The translations under genes were made by a program, and so were the position numbers. This document shows, in pieces, positions 1-10,695 of a stretch of 64,000 nt of DNA. The stretch is from Octopus sinensis. Lineage: Eukaryota. The notes beneath the pieces are model-generated. The model was not told where the DNA came from and ran no database searches. It saw only the letters and a program-made list of their open reading frames with translations. Each line of letters starts with the position of its first letter. The stretch's first letter is position 1. The DNA is taken from the NCBI RefSeq assembly GCF_006345805.1, contig NC_043005.1:70494001-70558000 (forward strand). The letters are read 5' to 3'.

Positions 1-226
1 CCTCTTTCGTTTTAAAAAATACTATCTTAATACATTGGTCCAACAAACAAAACATCACCCACACTTATTCTTTCATGTATTTGAGAATGTGTGTCTGTCT
101 GTCTGTCTGTGTGTTTCCCTAAAACTTCAGAACTACACAACCAATTTCATTCAAATTTTACACATGACTTGCTACGAGACCACAGTGAGCGCTATGGCGA
201 CCAGAGCTCGCTCTGGGCGCCATTGA

Positions 227-268
227 GCTTGGCTTGGCTTGGCTTGGCTTGGCTTGGCTTGGCTTGGC
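227..268 (+). repeat. (GCTTG)n pentanucleotide microsatellite
   Basis: About 8 tandem gcttg units read directly. Confidence 0.95.
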
Positions 269-859
269 AGAATTTTAATTACTTAGAGATCCTTAGCGTG
301 AAGGCAGCATATAAAAAAAAAACAACTCTTCATCAGTTGTTGGCAGTTTTACTTACTCCGCATTGCAACAAGATGTGTCTTCGTTAAAGCAAATTAGATA
401 AAATTTGACATACGTGGAACGTCAAAGCTGCTAACAAAATCAGGACAGTCAAAATTTTCGCTAAGGGCTGTTTAACCCTAATGAGGTGACGTGGTGAACG
501 CTGCAGAAAGAAAGCTTTGTCAAGAGACAGACGGGAATGCATGAACGAAAAGAAAAAGAATTACATTTAGAAATAGATCTATAGTTATTGAGGACAGAAT
601 TTCTGTTAGAAATAGAGAACAATAAATATTGAATTATGCATAAAGCGCTGACTTACATTCGGGGCTTCCAATTTCTCTGTAAAATATAAGATTGTCGCAA
701 AATCATCGCACATGTCACCATCAATTACAAATGCCGGTGGAAGATAAACGTTCCAGAGGACATTTTTGTTCTTTCGTTCGTACAAGGATCGTATTATGTT
801 TCGGCTTAAAATAAATTATAGATACAAATATAATGTATAGAAATATATAAAAACCAGAA

Positions 860-1224
860 TCTCTCTCTATATAAACGGCAGTTTGTCTGTGCGTGTTTCT
901 GTGTGTCTGTTTGCTTGTACCCTCACCCTGACCACGGCTTTCAACCGATTCTGATGAAACTTGACACACACATAGCCCAATGTCATAATTCAAAACTAAC
1001 GCAGCGAAAACTTTGAAAAGTTCCCCCAGTTCTGAAAAAAATCGATAAATTCGACATGGGGTCGAGAATCAGAAACACAAACCGCAAACTGTCTAGGGGA
1101 CGCAACTCCACCTTTTTTAACTAAAAAAAAATTTACCATCATTTTTTTCCATTTTTTTGTTATTTTGTTATGCTTTATAGTTATTTCCCTTACAAACCTG
1201 AGCAACGCCGGGCGATACTGCTAG
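860..1224 (+). mobile_element. Non-autonomous Helitron-like element
   Basis: 5' TC, 3' CTAG, inserted between A(859) and T(1225). GC-rich subterminal motif gcaacgccgggcgatactgc. The same 3' end recurs at 35544, 36173, 36799 and 40983. Confidence 0.7.
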
Positions 1225-1471
1225 TAGAAAATAAACGTCTTAGGCATATAAAATGAGATAACATGAGATATCAAGGTGTTATAAACTTGAAACTTACTAG
1301 AATATCATAGATTATATATCAAGTCATCCAGTCAGTTCTGTCCAATTTTACCTTTTTTTTAGATTTGAATGAAATTTAATAGTATTTGCAAACGTCTAAT
1401 TCAATTAAGAATTATTTTTATGCATTTGTGTACGTTTAAACTGATTCAATATTGTTTTACAAAATAATAGA

Positions 1472-2780
1472 CGGTATCCACAAAGTCTGCGTACATGGGA
1501 ATTAACACATACTTTTAAAACAAAACAATTTTATTTAATTATAATGTTAATAAATAATATTTTCAAAGTGATTTCCATCATTTTTCAATGCATAACTTGA
1601 TGCGCCTTGCAAAATTCAGGTGAACTTGATTAAATAAGTCTACATTGCCATCAATTTCAGCACACTGACTGGTAATGCGTTCTCTCATGTGTTTTAAATC
1701 TGTAATCTTTATTGAGTAAACTTTCTCTTTCAACATACCCCAGAAAAAGAAATCAAGGGGAGAAAGGTCTGGTGAACGAGGGGACCATTCCATATGACCC
1801 CTTCTTCCAATCTAGTGAGGAGGAAAAGTGTCATTAAATCAATCTCTAACAGTTGTGGCAAAATGGGTAGGGGCCCCATCCTGCTGAATCCAATTCGGAA
1901 GGCCCTCGCCTAGGCGCTCAATTTAAGATATTAATTTGTCTCTCAATATATTTGCATAAGTCTCATCCGTTACATGTTCAATGAAGAAGGGTCCTAGAAC
2001 ATGAGCTTTCCAAAAACCACACCACACCATCACCTTTTTGCTGTCTTGCTGTTTGGATAGATCCATCCAATGTGGATTACCTCGAGACCAGTATAGAAGA
2101 TTCTGTCTGTTGACCTCACCATTTACATAAAACGTAGCTTTGTCACTGAACAACACAAAGTTTTTCGTAAAATTGATATTTTCATCCAATTTATCTGAAA
2201 ACCATTCGCACGTCTACATTCGTCTATCAGGATCGTCTTCATTTAAGTGATGCAATATCTGTAGGTTGTATCGATGAAACTTTTCCTCAACCAGCATTTT
2301 GGAACACCTAACTCCGTAGATGTCCGACGAAGTGATTTTTGGGGGCTAGCTAGGAGAAACTTTAGCCTCGACAGCCTCTTTAGTTTCATCTGAAGTCTTT
2401 GGTCGCCCGGAACGGGGTTTATCCGAAACACTGCCTGTTTCTTTAAATGTCTTGATCAATTTCCTGACGGCAGTAAAATAAATAGGTTGCCTACAAGGGT
2501 GTGGAAGATTAAGTTCTTCCGCAATTTTGCGATAAGACCATCCCTCTCGTCCACTTAATAATACTAACTCGATTCTTTCTTCTTTAGACAGATTCATCAT
2601 TCGATCTGGGATTCTATCTTCTTTAGACAGAGCCATCATTCGATCATCTGTAGAAAAAATAACAAATAAATTTAGAAAAGTAAAGTATTTTTTTATTTAA
2701 TTTAAACAAAAGTAAAAAAGGAAAATTATTATTTCTTATGTTATGATTTTATTCCATAAACCCAGACTTCGTGGACACCC
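1472..2780 (-). mobile_element. Degenerate Tc1/mariner-superfamily DNA transposon
   Basis: Minus-strand fragments: HTH region (KIAEEL...KFKETGSV.DKPRSGRP-like), FSDKATFYVNGEVNRQN, VWCG...GPFF, WSPRSPDLSPLDFFFWG. Degenerate TIRs: cggtatccacaaagtctg (1472) and cagacttcgtggacaccc (to 2780) followed by TA. Confidence 0.85.
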
Positions 2781-2799
2781 TAAAATTGCTTTGATTAAA

Positions 2800-3882
2800 A
2801 CCCCTTTCAACATGGAAGTATTCAAGGAGCATTTAAGGCACATATAATTCTTTATGAGTACAATAAAGGTAACTCTGCTGCCGAAGTGACTCGAAACATA
2901 CACTCAGTTTATGGCAAAGTGCACGAATGAAAGAACTTGCAGGAGATCGTCTGCAAAATTGAAGATGAATATCGAACAGGATGTCCAGTTGAGTTTGACA
3001 AGCTCCTTGAGGCATTACTTGAAGAAAATCCGTCATTATCAATTGAAGAACTGGCAATAAAGCTTACTTCAAACCATACAACAGTTCATCGTCATCTACA
3101 ACAACGTGGAAAGATTCCTAAACTTGGAAAATAGGTGCCTTATGTATTGTCCGAAAGCAACCGCAAATCCCGAGTTGGCATCTGCTCTTCTCTCCATTCT
3201 CGCAAACTCATTTCACCATTTTTCGATAGACTTGTGATGAAAAATGGATTTTCTATCGAAATGTTAGACGTCCTAAACAGTGGCTTGGTAAAAGGGAAAA
3301 TTCTCAACCACAACCGAGAAGGGAACTTCATGGGGAAAAGGTTCTACTCTCTATCTGGTGCGATTGAAAGGCGTAATTTACTTTATATTGTTAACACCTA
3401 ATGCAACAATCAATGCTCAAGTCTACTGTCAGCAATTAGAGCGTTTGAACCAAGCTTTGAAGGAAAAAAGAGCCGCTTTAGTGAGTCGAAAACGAGTGAT
3501 GTTTCATCAGGACAATGCGCAACCCCACACTGCAAAGATCACATCACAGAAGATCGAAGGGGTCGGTTTGGAAAAATTTCTTCATCCAACTTATTGTCCC
3601 GACCTTACTCCTTCAGGATACCATTTGTTTCATAGTTTACAGATTTAGTAGGGGGATACAACTTTCGCAAGCCAGGGGGAGGTCGAACCTGACATTTCAG
3701 AGTTCTTCGCTTTGAAACCAAAAGAGTTTTACGTTGATGGGATTAAAAAGCTTGTAAATAGATGGAGGTAAGTCATAGATAATTAGGGAAAGTACATTGA
3801 TGATTAACTTTCAATTAAATATAACATTTGATCACTTGTATTATTTATCCAAAATTCAGACAGAACTTATGGGATGACCTGA
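2800..3882 (+). mobile_element. Degenerate mariner transposon, 5' end missing
   Basis: Fragments RTGCPVEFD...EELA...TVHRHL...KLGK*VPYVL, TINAQVYCQQL, FHQDNAQPH, HPTYCPDLTPSGYHLF. Right TIR-like gacagaacttatgggatgacct at about 3860-3880. Confidence 0.9.
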
Positions 3883-4281
3883 GATATATACACTGGCGAA
3901 AATATATTTAAGACAGACGATAAAAGTTCTATTTCTTACAAAATATTTTGTTACTAACACCATACAAATTATTTTTATCTTCTACACGTTATGCAAAATT
4001 TATTTCGCTTTCGAATGATGCAGACAATAACCATTTTTATACAACTTGAAGAATTCTAATGCTAAATATAATTTTAATGGAGATAACCTGCAGTATATAG
4101 TACAACATTTTTGTCTCCGTATATGAGCTAAGTATTAATAAAATGTGGTATACGATAAACATTTCGGATATTTGTCTTAAAACATTCAGACAAGAAAATT
4201 CAGATGTAGCACATGAGGTATTATTCCATACGAATATCCACATATTTATATTAAGAATTTCATGATAAAAATATAGAAATA

Positions 4282-4848
4282 TTGGGTTGTCCGGAAAGTT
4301 CTTGCAGATTTATAGTATCTTATCTTTCGACTTATTTTAGAACATGTTTGAGTCCATAAAATAGGATTTGACTACACCTCCATTTGGAGCACAGTTTAAT
4401 CTATCTTTTCGTGGAAGAAAGTTTATGTTCCAATAACCTGTGTTACTTCTGTAACCCTTTAAATTAAAAGATGAGGAACATTCATTATCGGCATTTGATG
4501 CTTTGGGAACCAGACAAAAATTGCTGCAGCTTGGCTGGGGTGACTTACCCCACCCTCCATATTCACCAGATATTACTCCTTCGGATTTCCACTTATTCAG
4601 GTCTCTGCAGAATAGTCTTAATGGTGAAAAATTCAATTCCTTAGATGACGTAAAAAGATACCTTGATGAATTATTTGCCTTGAAACCACCCCAATTCTGG
4701 GAGGAGGGTATTTTTAAGGTAAATGTAAAATGGAGACGTATTGTGCAACGAAATGGTTCAGATTTGGTTCATTAAAAATGTAATGGCAAGTATTTAGTGA
4801 CCATGTACTTTCCTTTAAAAATCGCAACGAACTTTCCGGACAACCCAA
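4282..4848 (+). mobile_element. Internally deleted mariner element with intact TIRs
   Basis: TIRs ttgggttgtccggaaagttc / gaactttccggacaacccaa, TA on both sides (4280-4281 and 4849-4850). C-terminal transposase fragment HPPYSPDITPSDFHLFRSLQNSL (4503-4775). Confidence 0.92.
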
Positions 4849-4912
4849 TATAAACATGAAAAATAAAAACCTAAATTGAAAGAGGCGATTAAAATTTTTT
4901 CCTAACCTGCAG

Positions 4913-4972
4913 CCGTTTGTTGTACGAAGTATTCGAAATTCAGCCCTCCTTCCTCAGGGTTCCTTTCTCGAG
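4913..4972 (+). other. Candidate 60-nt internal exon (unverified)
   Basis: Preceded by ttttttcctaacctgcag and followed by gtaaaa. All three frames are open. No homology recognised. Confidence 0.25.
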
Positions 4973-5022
4973 GTAAAATCCAGCAGAAAGCAGTAAGGCA
5001 CTACATAGTGAGTATTCAAGTT

Positions 5023-5061
5023 GTGAAAGTTCAGTTTTTGGGTATCGGTAAATGAGTTGTC
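5023..5061 (+). repeat. 39-bp target/TSD unit, left copy
   Basis: gtgaaagttcagtttttgggtatcggtaaatgagttgtc. Recurs at 10437-10475, 15854-15891 (1 nt short) and 20539-20577, and split by element B at 22436-22467 / 27744-27771. Confidence 0.95.
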
Positions 5062-5281
5062 TTATTTCTTTATTACCCACTAGGGGCGACATAGAGTACA
5101 CATACAATCACGAATGATGAAACAATTATGAAAATTTGGGGTCGGTTAAAAATCGAAAATGAATAATAAATCGAATGATTACACAAAGAAAAAATTAACA
5201 AAATTACAAAATGCTGTGGGGCGGGTCCGCGACCCCATGCTCCCCGCCACGACACTTAGCCTTGTGGTTTCCTTTTTCCTC

Positions 5282-8200
5282 CTATCTCGCATTTGTGAGG
5301 GATCTTTTACTCTCCACATTTTTCCATCTTTCATCAAACACTTTCTTACTCAGGCTCCTTCTCTCCAGTTCTATATGTCTTTTCAGGTGGAATTTAAAAT
5401 ATTCCACCAGACCTGAACCAGAGATGAAGTCGCCTGTTATCATCCCTTTCATCCTTGTCTTCCATACTACCTGTTTCGCAGTTGAAACCACGGCGAGAAA
5501 ACAAAACTTACCTTCTTTCGTTAAGAAATCAGGTGGGCTGATTTTTACAATAGATTCGGCTGATAGCTGTACTCTTCGTTCACCTGACATTAGTTGTTCG
5601 GCACAAGCCCACATATCTTTCACCCCCGAACACTGCACGATCGCGTGCGAGACGGTTTCCCCTTCTCGCCACATCTCGTACAGGTCGGGCTGACTTGGCA
5701 ACCGTGCCTTGCAAGCTTGTCCCGAACAGGTAAGGCTCCTCGGTAGCACTGCCAAGCCAAAGACTTCTGGAAATTATCCAGTGTCTTCGGCCCGAATGTA
5801 CGTTGGAACAGACTGGCCAGCTGATTATCGTCGAAACCTAGGGTTTCCCCTAGCGTATCATCGTTACCGGCCTCTACAAACCCTCTATAAAACACAGCGG
5901 TAGAACCACTGCCGCAGGCATTACCCGAGCGACGGAATAGTCGGAGTGCCTTGCCACACTCCGTATACCACGTACCTAACTTCGATCTACGATTATACCA
6001 GTCCACCCGGCCACCGAAACTGGTGAACCTGGGGAACATCTGTTTCGCCAGCGGAGACCACACCCGTTCACTACCCAGATGGAGCCACAGGTGCCTTAGC
6101 CTCAGCGCATTTCTGCGCATCATTAGCCACGGCATCCCTAGTCCACCCTGTAACGGTTTTTGACAGCAGACAGAGCGTCTCACAAGCGGTTTCGAGCCCT
6201 TCCACAAGAAGCGAAAGAGCTGTCTCTCCAACTTGTTCAACCAGGAATCCGGGCAAGGCACGACGGCAAGTCGGTAGGTGATCACCGATGCAATAAACAC
6301 ATTGGCTACCTCCGCCCTACCTTTCGAGGATAACCACCGCCAAGACCAAATCTCGACTATTGCAGCCACCTTGCTCGATACCTCGCTCCAGTTCTTCTCT
6401 ATTTGGAGGTCCGGACCGAACCAAACCCCGAGAAACTTAATCGGACCCTCCGTCCAACGTCCCACGACGCTGTCTGGAGGCATCGACTTGCCTCTCCAGG
6501 TGCCGAGTTGCAAGCCGACCGACTTTTCACGATTAACTTTTGCTCCTGTCACCGTCTCGTAAACCTCTATGGCTCTGTCTACTTTACGTAGGTGGTCCAC
6601 TTCAGTCACGATGATAGTGATGTCATCCGCGTACGCCGAAACCGACATATCACGTCCTGGTTGCCTCGGGATGCCGCTCAGTTTTCGCAGCAGCGGCTCC
6701 AGAGCCACTACATACAAAAGCGGGGAGAGCGGACATCCCTGGCGAACCGAGCGTTTGACCTTGAACGGCTTAGAAAGAAAGCCGTTCACCCGAACTACAG
6801 AGTCGACGTTGTCATACATTTCGATGATCCACCTGAGGAAGCCAAGACCTAGGCCGAACTGAGCCAGAACGGACACCAGGTAGTGATGGTCGACCCTATC
6901 GAACGCTTTTGACTGGTCTAAATGGACCACTGCCCCTCCCTTGCCGGGATCGTTATTTATTCCCTCTATCGTGTATCTAATAAGATGGAGATTATCCTGA
7001 ATGGCTCTGCCCGGTACGGCGCACGTTTGCGCTTTCCCAATCAGTCCATTCGCGACACGCGCCAATCTGTTCGATAACACTTTGGCCAAAATCTTCAACT
7101 CTGCGTTAAGCAGAGTGATGGGCCTGAAATTATCTATTACATCCCCCTTGCTCTGGTCCTTCCTGACTAGCGTCACCACTCCCCGGCGCACAGATCTGGG
7201 GATAAACCCATTCTGCTGCCAGTTTGCGTAGACGCCCGTCAGTAAGTCTCCGAACAAGTCCGGCATACTTTTATAAAGCTCGTAGGGTAAACCATCCAGT
7301 CCCGGCGCCTTACCCGCACCGCAGTCCGCCATGGCCTCTATTACCTCCTCAGGTGTGATCGGCTCCTCACTACACTTCGCATCCTGCCCCGAGAGGCGCG
7401 GCAGCCCGTCGAGGAGGTCCGTAAGGTCCCTCCCCCTATCCGGTCCGCCGCTCCCCCCGAATAGCTGAGCGAAGTGGTCCTGAAAAGCTTGACACATCTC
7501 CTCGGGCTCGTCTGTCAACTTACCTTGTTGGTTCGCCAGAGATCGAATTGTAGCATCGTTGCCACGTTGGGCTTCCACCACTCGGGCCCATCCCGCAGCC
7601 TTGATTCCTTCGCTCCCCTTCGTACGTTGTCTAGCCCTGACAATGCAACCCATGTGTTTAGCTTCGAGGTGCTGGTTAAGAACCAGTCTCTTGACCTTCA
7701 CCTGGTCTGCATTGCCAGTTCGCATTGCTTCCTCTAAGTCCTTAACTAGTGTAGTTACCTTTCTAGCCTCTCTAGCTACAAGATTAGTACTATATCTAAC
7801 GGACTCATATTTTATGGCTCGCTTAAGGGCATACCACCATTTGTTGTTACAAATGGAGCCGGTCATGGCCCTCTGGATTATTAACCTAATCCTGTCCCTG
7901 TACTCCTTAATCGCCAAAACGGACGTATTAAGTTTCCAGTAACCAGGACCTCTAGTTATCTTATCTACGTCTAGCCTACAGGTGACCATCTTGTGGTCAC
8001 TGTAGCTGACTATATGGAGTTGTGGACTCTTAACTAGGTTCTTATCTACCTTCCTAATTAATATCCTGTCTATGTATGACTTTACCGATCCGTCGCTATT
8101 TGACCACGTCCACAGTGGAGCGCCCGGATGTTCCAGTCTATATGGATCTACCAGCTCAAAACGTCTTAATAGATCCAGTAAGCAAGCATTTCCTTTTCTG

Positions 8201-8673
8201 TCTGTTCGCGAACCTTCACAGTCTACTCGCACATCGCAGATTGTGTTGAGGTCCCCTAACATTACTACTGGGCACGATGTACTCAGAAACCTCTCCAGGT
8301 TCCGATAATAATCACTTTTCCCCTTACCGGGGGGAGCGTAAACCGCAACCAGCCTGATTGTCTTACGGCTACTGAACGTCAACTCAATGACGACCAGCCT
8401 ACCTTCCGGATCTGTAAAAATCAACTTTATGTCAGAAACCCGGTTCTTTTTACACAGGACCAACACCCCGCTTCCGCCGACCGACGGGTTCGGAGAGATG
8501 ACACTCTCGTAACCGTTGAACAGCGGGAGCAGATCTCTTGGCCCCTTTAACCGAGTTTCTGTGGCAACGACAACATCTAAATCCCGTTACCTGATGTCAT
8601 TTATGAAGCGCCCTTGCCTCCAGCTCGCCATCAGGCCACGCACATTCAAACACCCTACACAAATATGAGACAT
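5282..8673 (-). pseudogene. A1 ORF2 (APE endonuclease / reverse transcriptase), disrupted
   Basis: GCLNVRGL, GDLN, SDHK, PGYWKLNTS, KAPGLDGLP, DQSKAFDRVDH, VRQGCPLSPLLY, YADD, C..C...ETVSHA...C. In-frame TAA near 8589 and a 1-nt deletion near 5668. Confidence 0.93.
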
Positions 8674-8682
8674 TACTTACCT

Positions 8683-10244
8683 TTATTCCGTTTTTCCTTT
8701 GGTGATCGTGGCGGGGAAGACCGCCTTCAATAAAGGCTCGTCTATTTCGTGTCTCGGACCGAATATGTCCTCAGGGTATTGCGCATTTGCTATATTGAAG
8801 TTCATCAGGTCCATGTTGTATATCTCAACATTTTTGTTGAGTACCTTATGCGTTTTTATTTTTTTCGCTATTGGGTTATCTTTTATTTTCTTTGTTAGGC
8901 TATCATTCGATTTGTTTATTGCAACAAATACTGTCTTGTGTTCGAATTCTTTTTTCGGGGTTTGTGGGGGTGATGGGGAGGACCCCGTGGAGTATGATGG
9001 GGAGGAACACGAGGAGGGGGTTGAAATGGAGGGGTAATGCTCGGCACTGAGGGGTGGGGGTGGATTGGGTGGGGGCTTCTCTTTTTGTGGGGAACCGTGG
9101 TTGGGTGGGGATGGTTTTCCCCCCTGAGAGTTTGATTTCTTTTGATTGTGCCAGGGTTGGTTGGGTTTGTGTCCGCATTCTTTCTCTTCGGCGTTTTCTT
9201 TCGCCTCACCGTTGTGAAGTCGTTCTCTTCTTCTTCTTCCGTTTTTTTCTCTGCTTCTTCTTCTGTCTTTTTTCTTTCTTCCTCTTTCTTGCTGGTGGGG
9301 CATTCCATACGGATGTGACCTATCTCGCCACATCCGTAGCAACGTGGCTTTCGCCCCTCCACCACTACCCGCAAGTTAATTTCTTCCCCGAATTGTATTC
9401 CTTCTGGAACTTCCTCCAGTGCCTCCGGGGTCGCTTGCACCACCACATGCAATGCTTGTCCTCTCCAGTTTTCCTTTATCACTCTTCTGATGTTTATCAC
9501 AGTTATTTTCTCTTCCAGCCCCATTAACAGTGCTGGAAGCAACCACCTCACGTCGACCTGTGGCGGCACGTCCTCCACTCTGATTTTTGAGGTTCTCCTC
9601 CCTAAATACGAGGGTAATAATATTATTTCCTCCGTCTTTATTGGTGTTAGGGAGTGTTTTTTGGCCGTTTCTTCATTTCTGAAGTGCACCTCTATTGTTG
9701 CAAACTTTCTCCACCACGTAACGTAGTCTATATCACTCCACACTGGTTTAAGGCATTTCTCAGCTTGGTCTTTGGTTATCCTTTCAATTTTCTTTTCTTT
9801 TATTACATAGGATTTATAAATTATCGTCCTTTTCTCGGTTTCCTCTTTAATTGTTTGTGGGAGGGCAGCTATCGCGTTATTTCCCTCCTTTTTAAACATT
9901 TTTTAAAACTTTTCATACTCCACCTCCTCCATCTTTATTTCCTCTGTCTTCCTACCAGCAGCGGCAGCGAAGTTAAACATTCTGGTTTTTTCACTTGGTT
10001 TGGAACCTGCACACACATTTGCTGATTTCTCAGCTTCATTGGAAGTCAACCCTTCCGCGACTTTAGCCGTTTTCACAGCTTTCTTAACCGGCGAACCTTC
10101 ATTCACTTTTGCTGTTTTCACAGCTTCATTGGAAGTCACACCTTCCGCAATTTTAGCTTCTTCAACAATTTTCACATTTTTTTGTGTAGGCAAACCTACT
10201 ACATCATCATTTTTAGACATTTTTGAACAAGTATTTTTGTTCAT
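8683..10244 (-). pseudogene. A1 ORF1 (gag-like nucleic-acid-binding protein), disrupted
   Basis: CYGCGEIGHIRMEC zinc knuckle, Lys/Glu-rich and Pro/Ser-rich segments. In-frame TAA at 9905-9903 and a frameshift near 9150. Confidence 0.88.
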
Positions 10245-10695
10245 TTTTTCGTGGAATGTGTGTGTGTTTTTTTTTCGTGTGTTTCAATGTACAGCAGTTC
10301 CCCTGGGTGAGGAGGGGAAAACAAAGTTTTCCTGGTTCAAAACCAGCAACAGTTCAAACAATTTTTAACAAGACAATTCAAACAGGTTTTAACACAAATT
10401 CAACAACAATATTTCACTGACAAAAAAACTCACGTGGTGAAAGTTCAGTTTTTGGGTATCGGTAAATGAGTTGTCTTATTTCTTTATTACCCACTAGGGG
10501 CGACATAGAGTACACATACAATCACGAATGATGAAACAATTATGAAAATTTGGGGTCGGTTAAAAATCGAAAATGAATAATAAATCGAATGATTACACAA
10601 AGAAAAAATTAACAAAATTACAAAATGCTGTGGGGCGGGTCCGCGACCCCATGCTCCCCGCCACGACACTTAGCCTTGTGGTTTCCTTTTTCCTC

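Larger units (their letters stand above)
5062..10436 (-). mobile_element. Tx1-type (L1 clade) non-LTR retrotransposon, family A, copy A1, full length (about 5.4 kb)
   Basis: ORF1 with a CCHC knuckle, ORF2 with APE + RT + C-terminal Cys/His motif, 3' tail AATAAAGAAATAA, flanked by the 39-bp direct repeat. Confidence 0.95.

Noticed and set aside
85-170. Helitron-like 5' segment (tgtctgtctg...ccaatttcattcaaattttacac)
   Set aside because: Resembles non-autonomous element bodies, but no termini could be defined.
4993-5000. taaggcac = miR-124 seed (GTGCCTTA site on the minus strand)
   Set aside because: A single 8-mer with no evidence of a 3' UTR, and the rest does not match the miR-124 mature sequence.
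5023-5061. Target as a known snRNA, 5S, tRNA, Y RNA, miRNA or spliced leader
   Set aside because: Only 7-9 nt coincidences with remembered sequences (for example catagtgag, tagtgagt). No colinear match, and the T-tract lacks the canonical Sm context.
5159-8308. Plus-strand ORFs antisense to Tx1 ORF2 and the 3' UTR (repeated in each copy)
   Set aside because: Shadow ORFs of the GC-richer coding strand. They recur only because the element is duplicated and have no recognisable domains.
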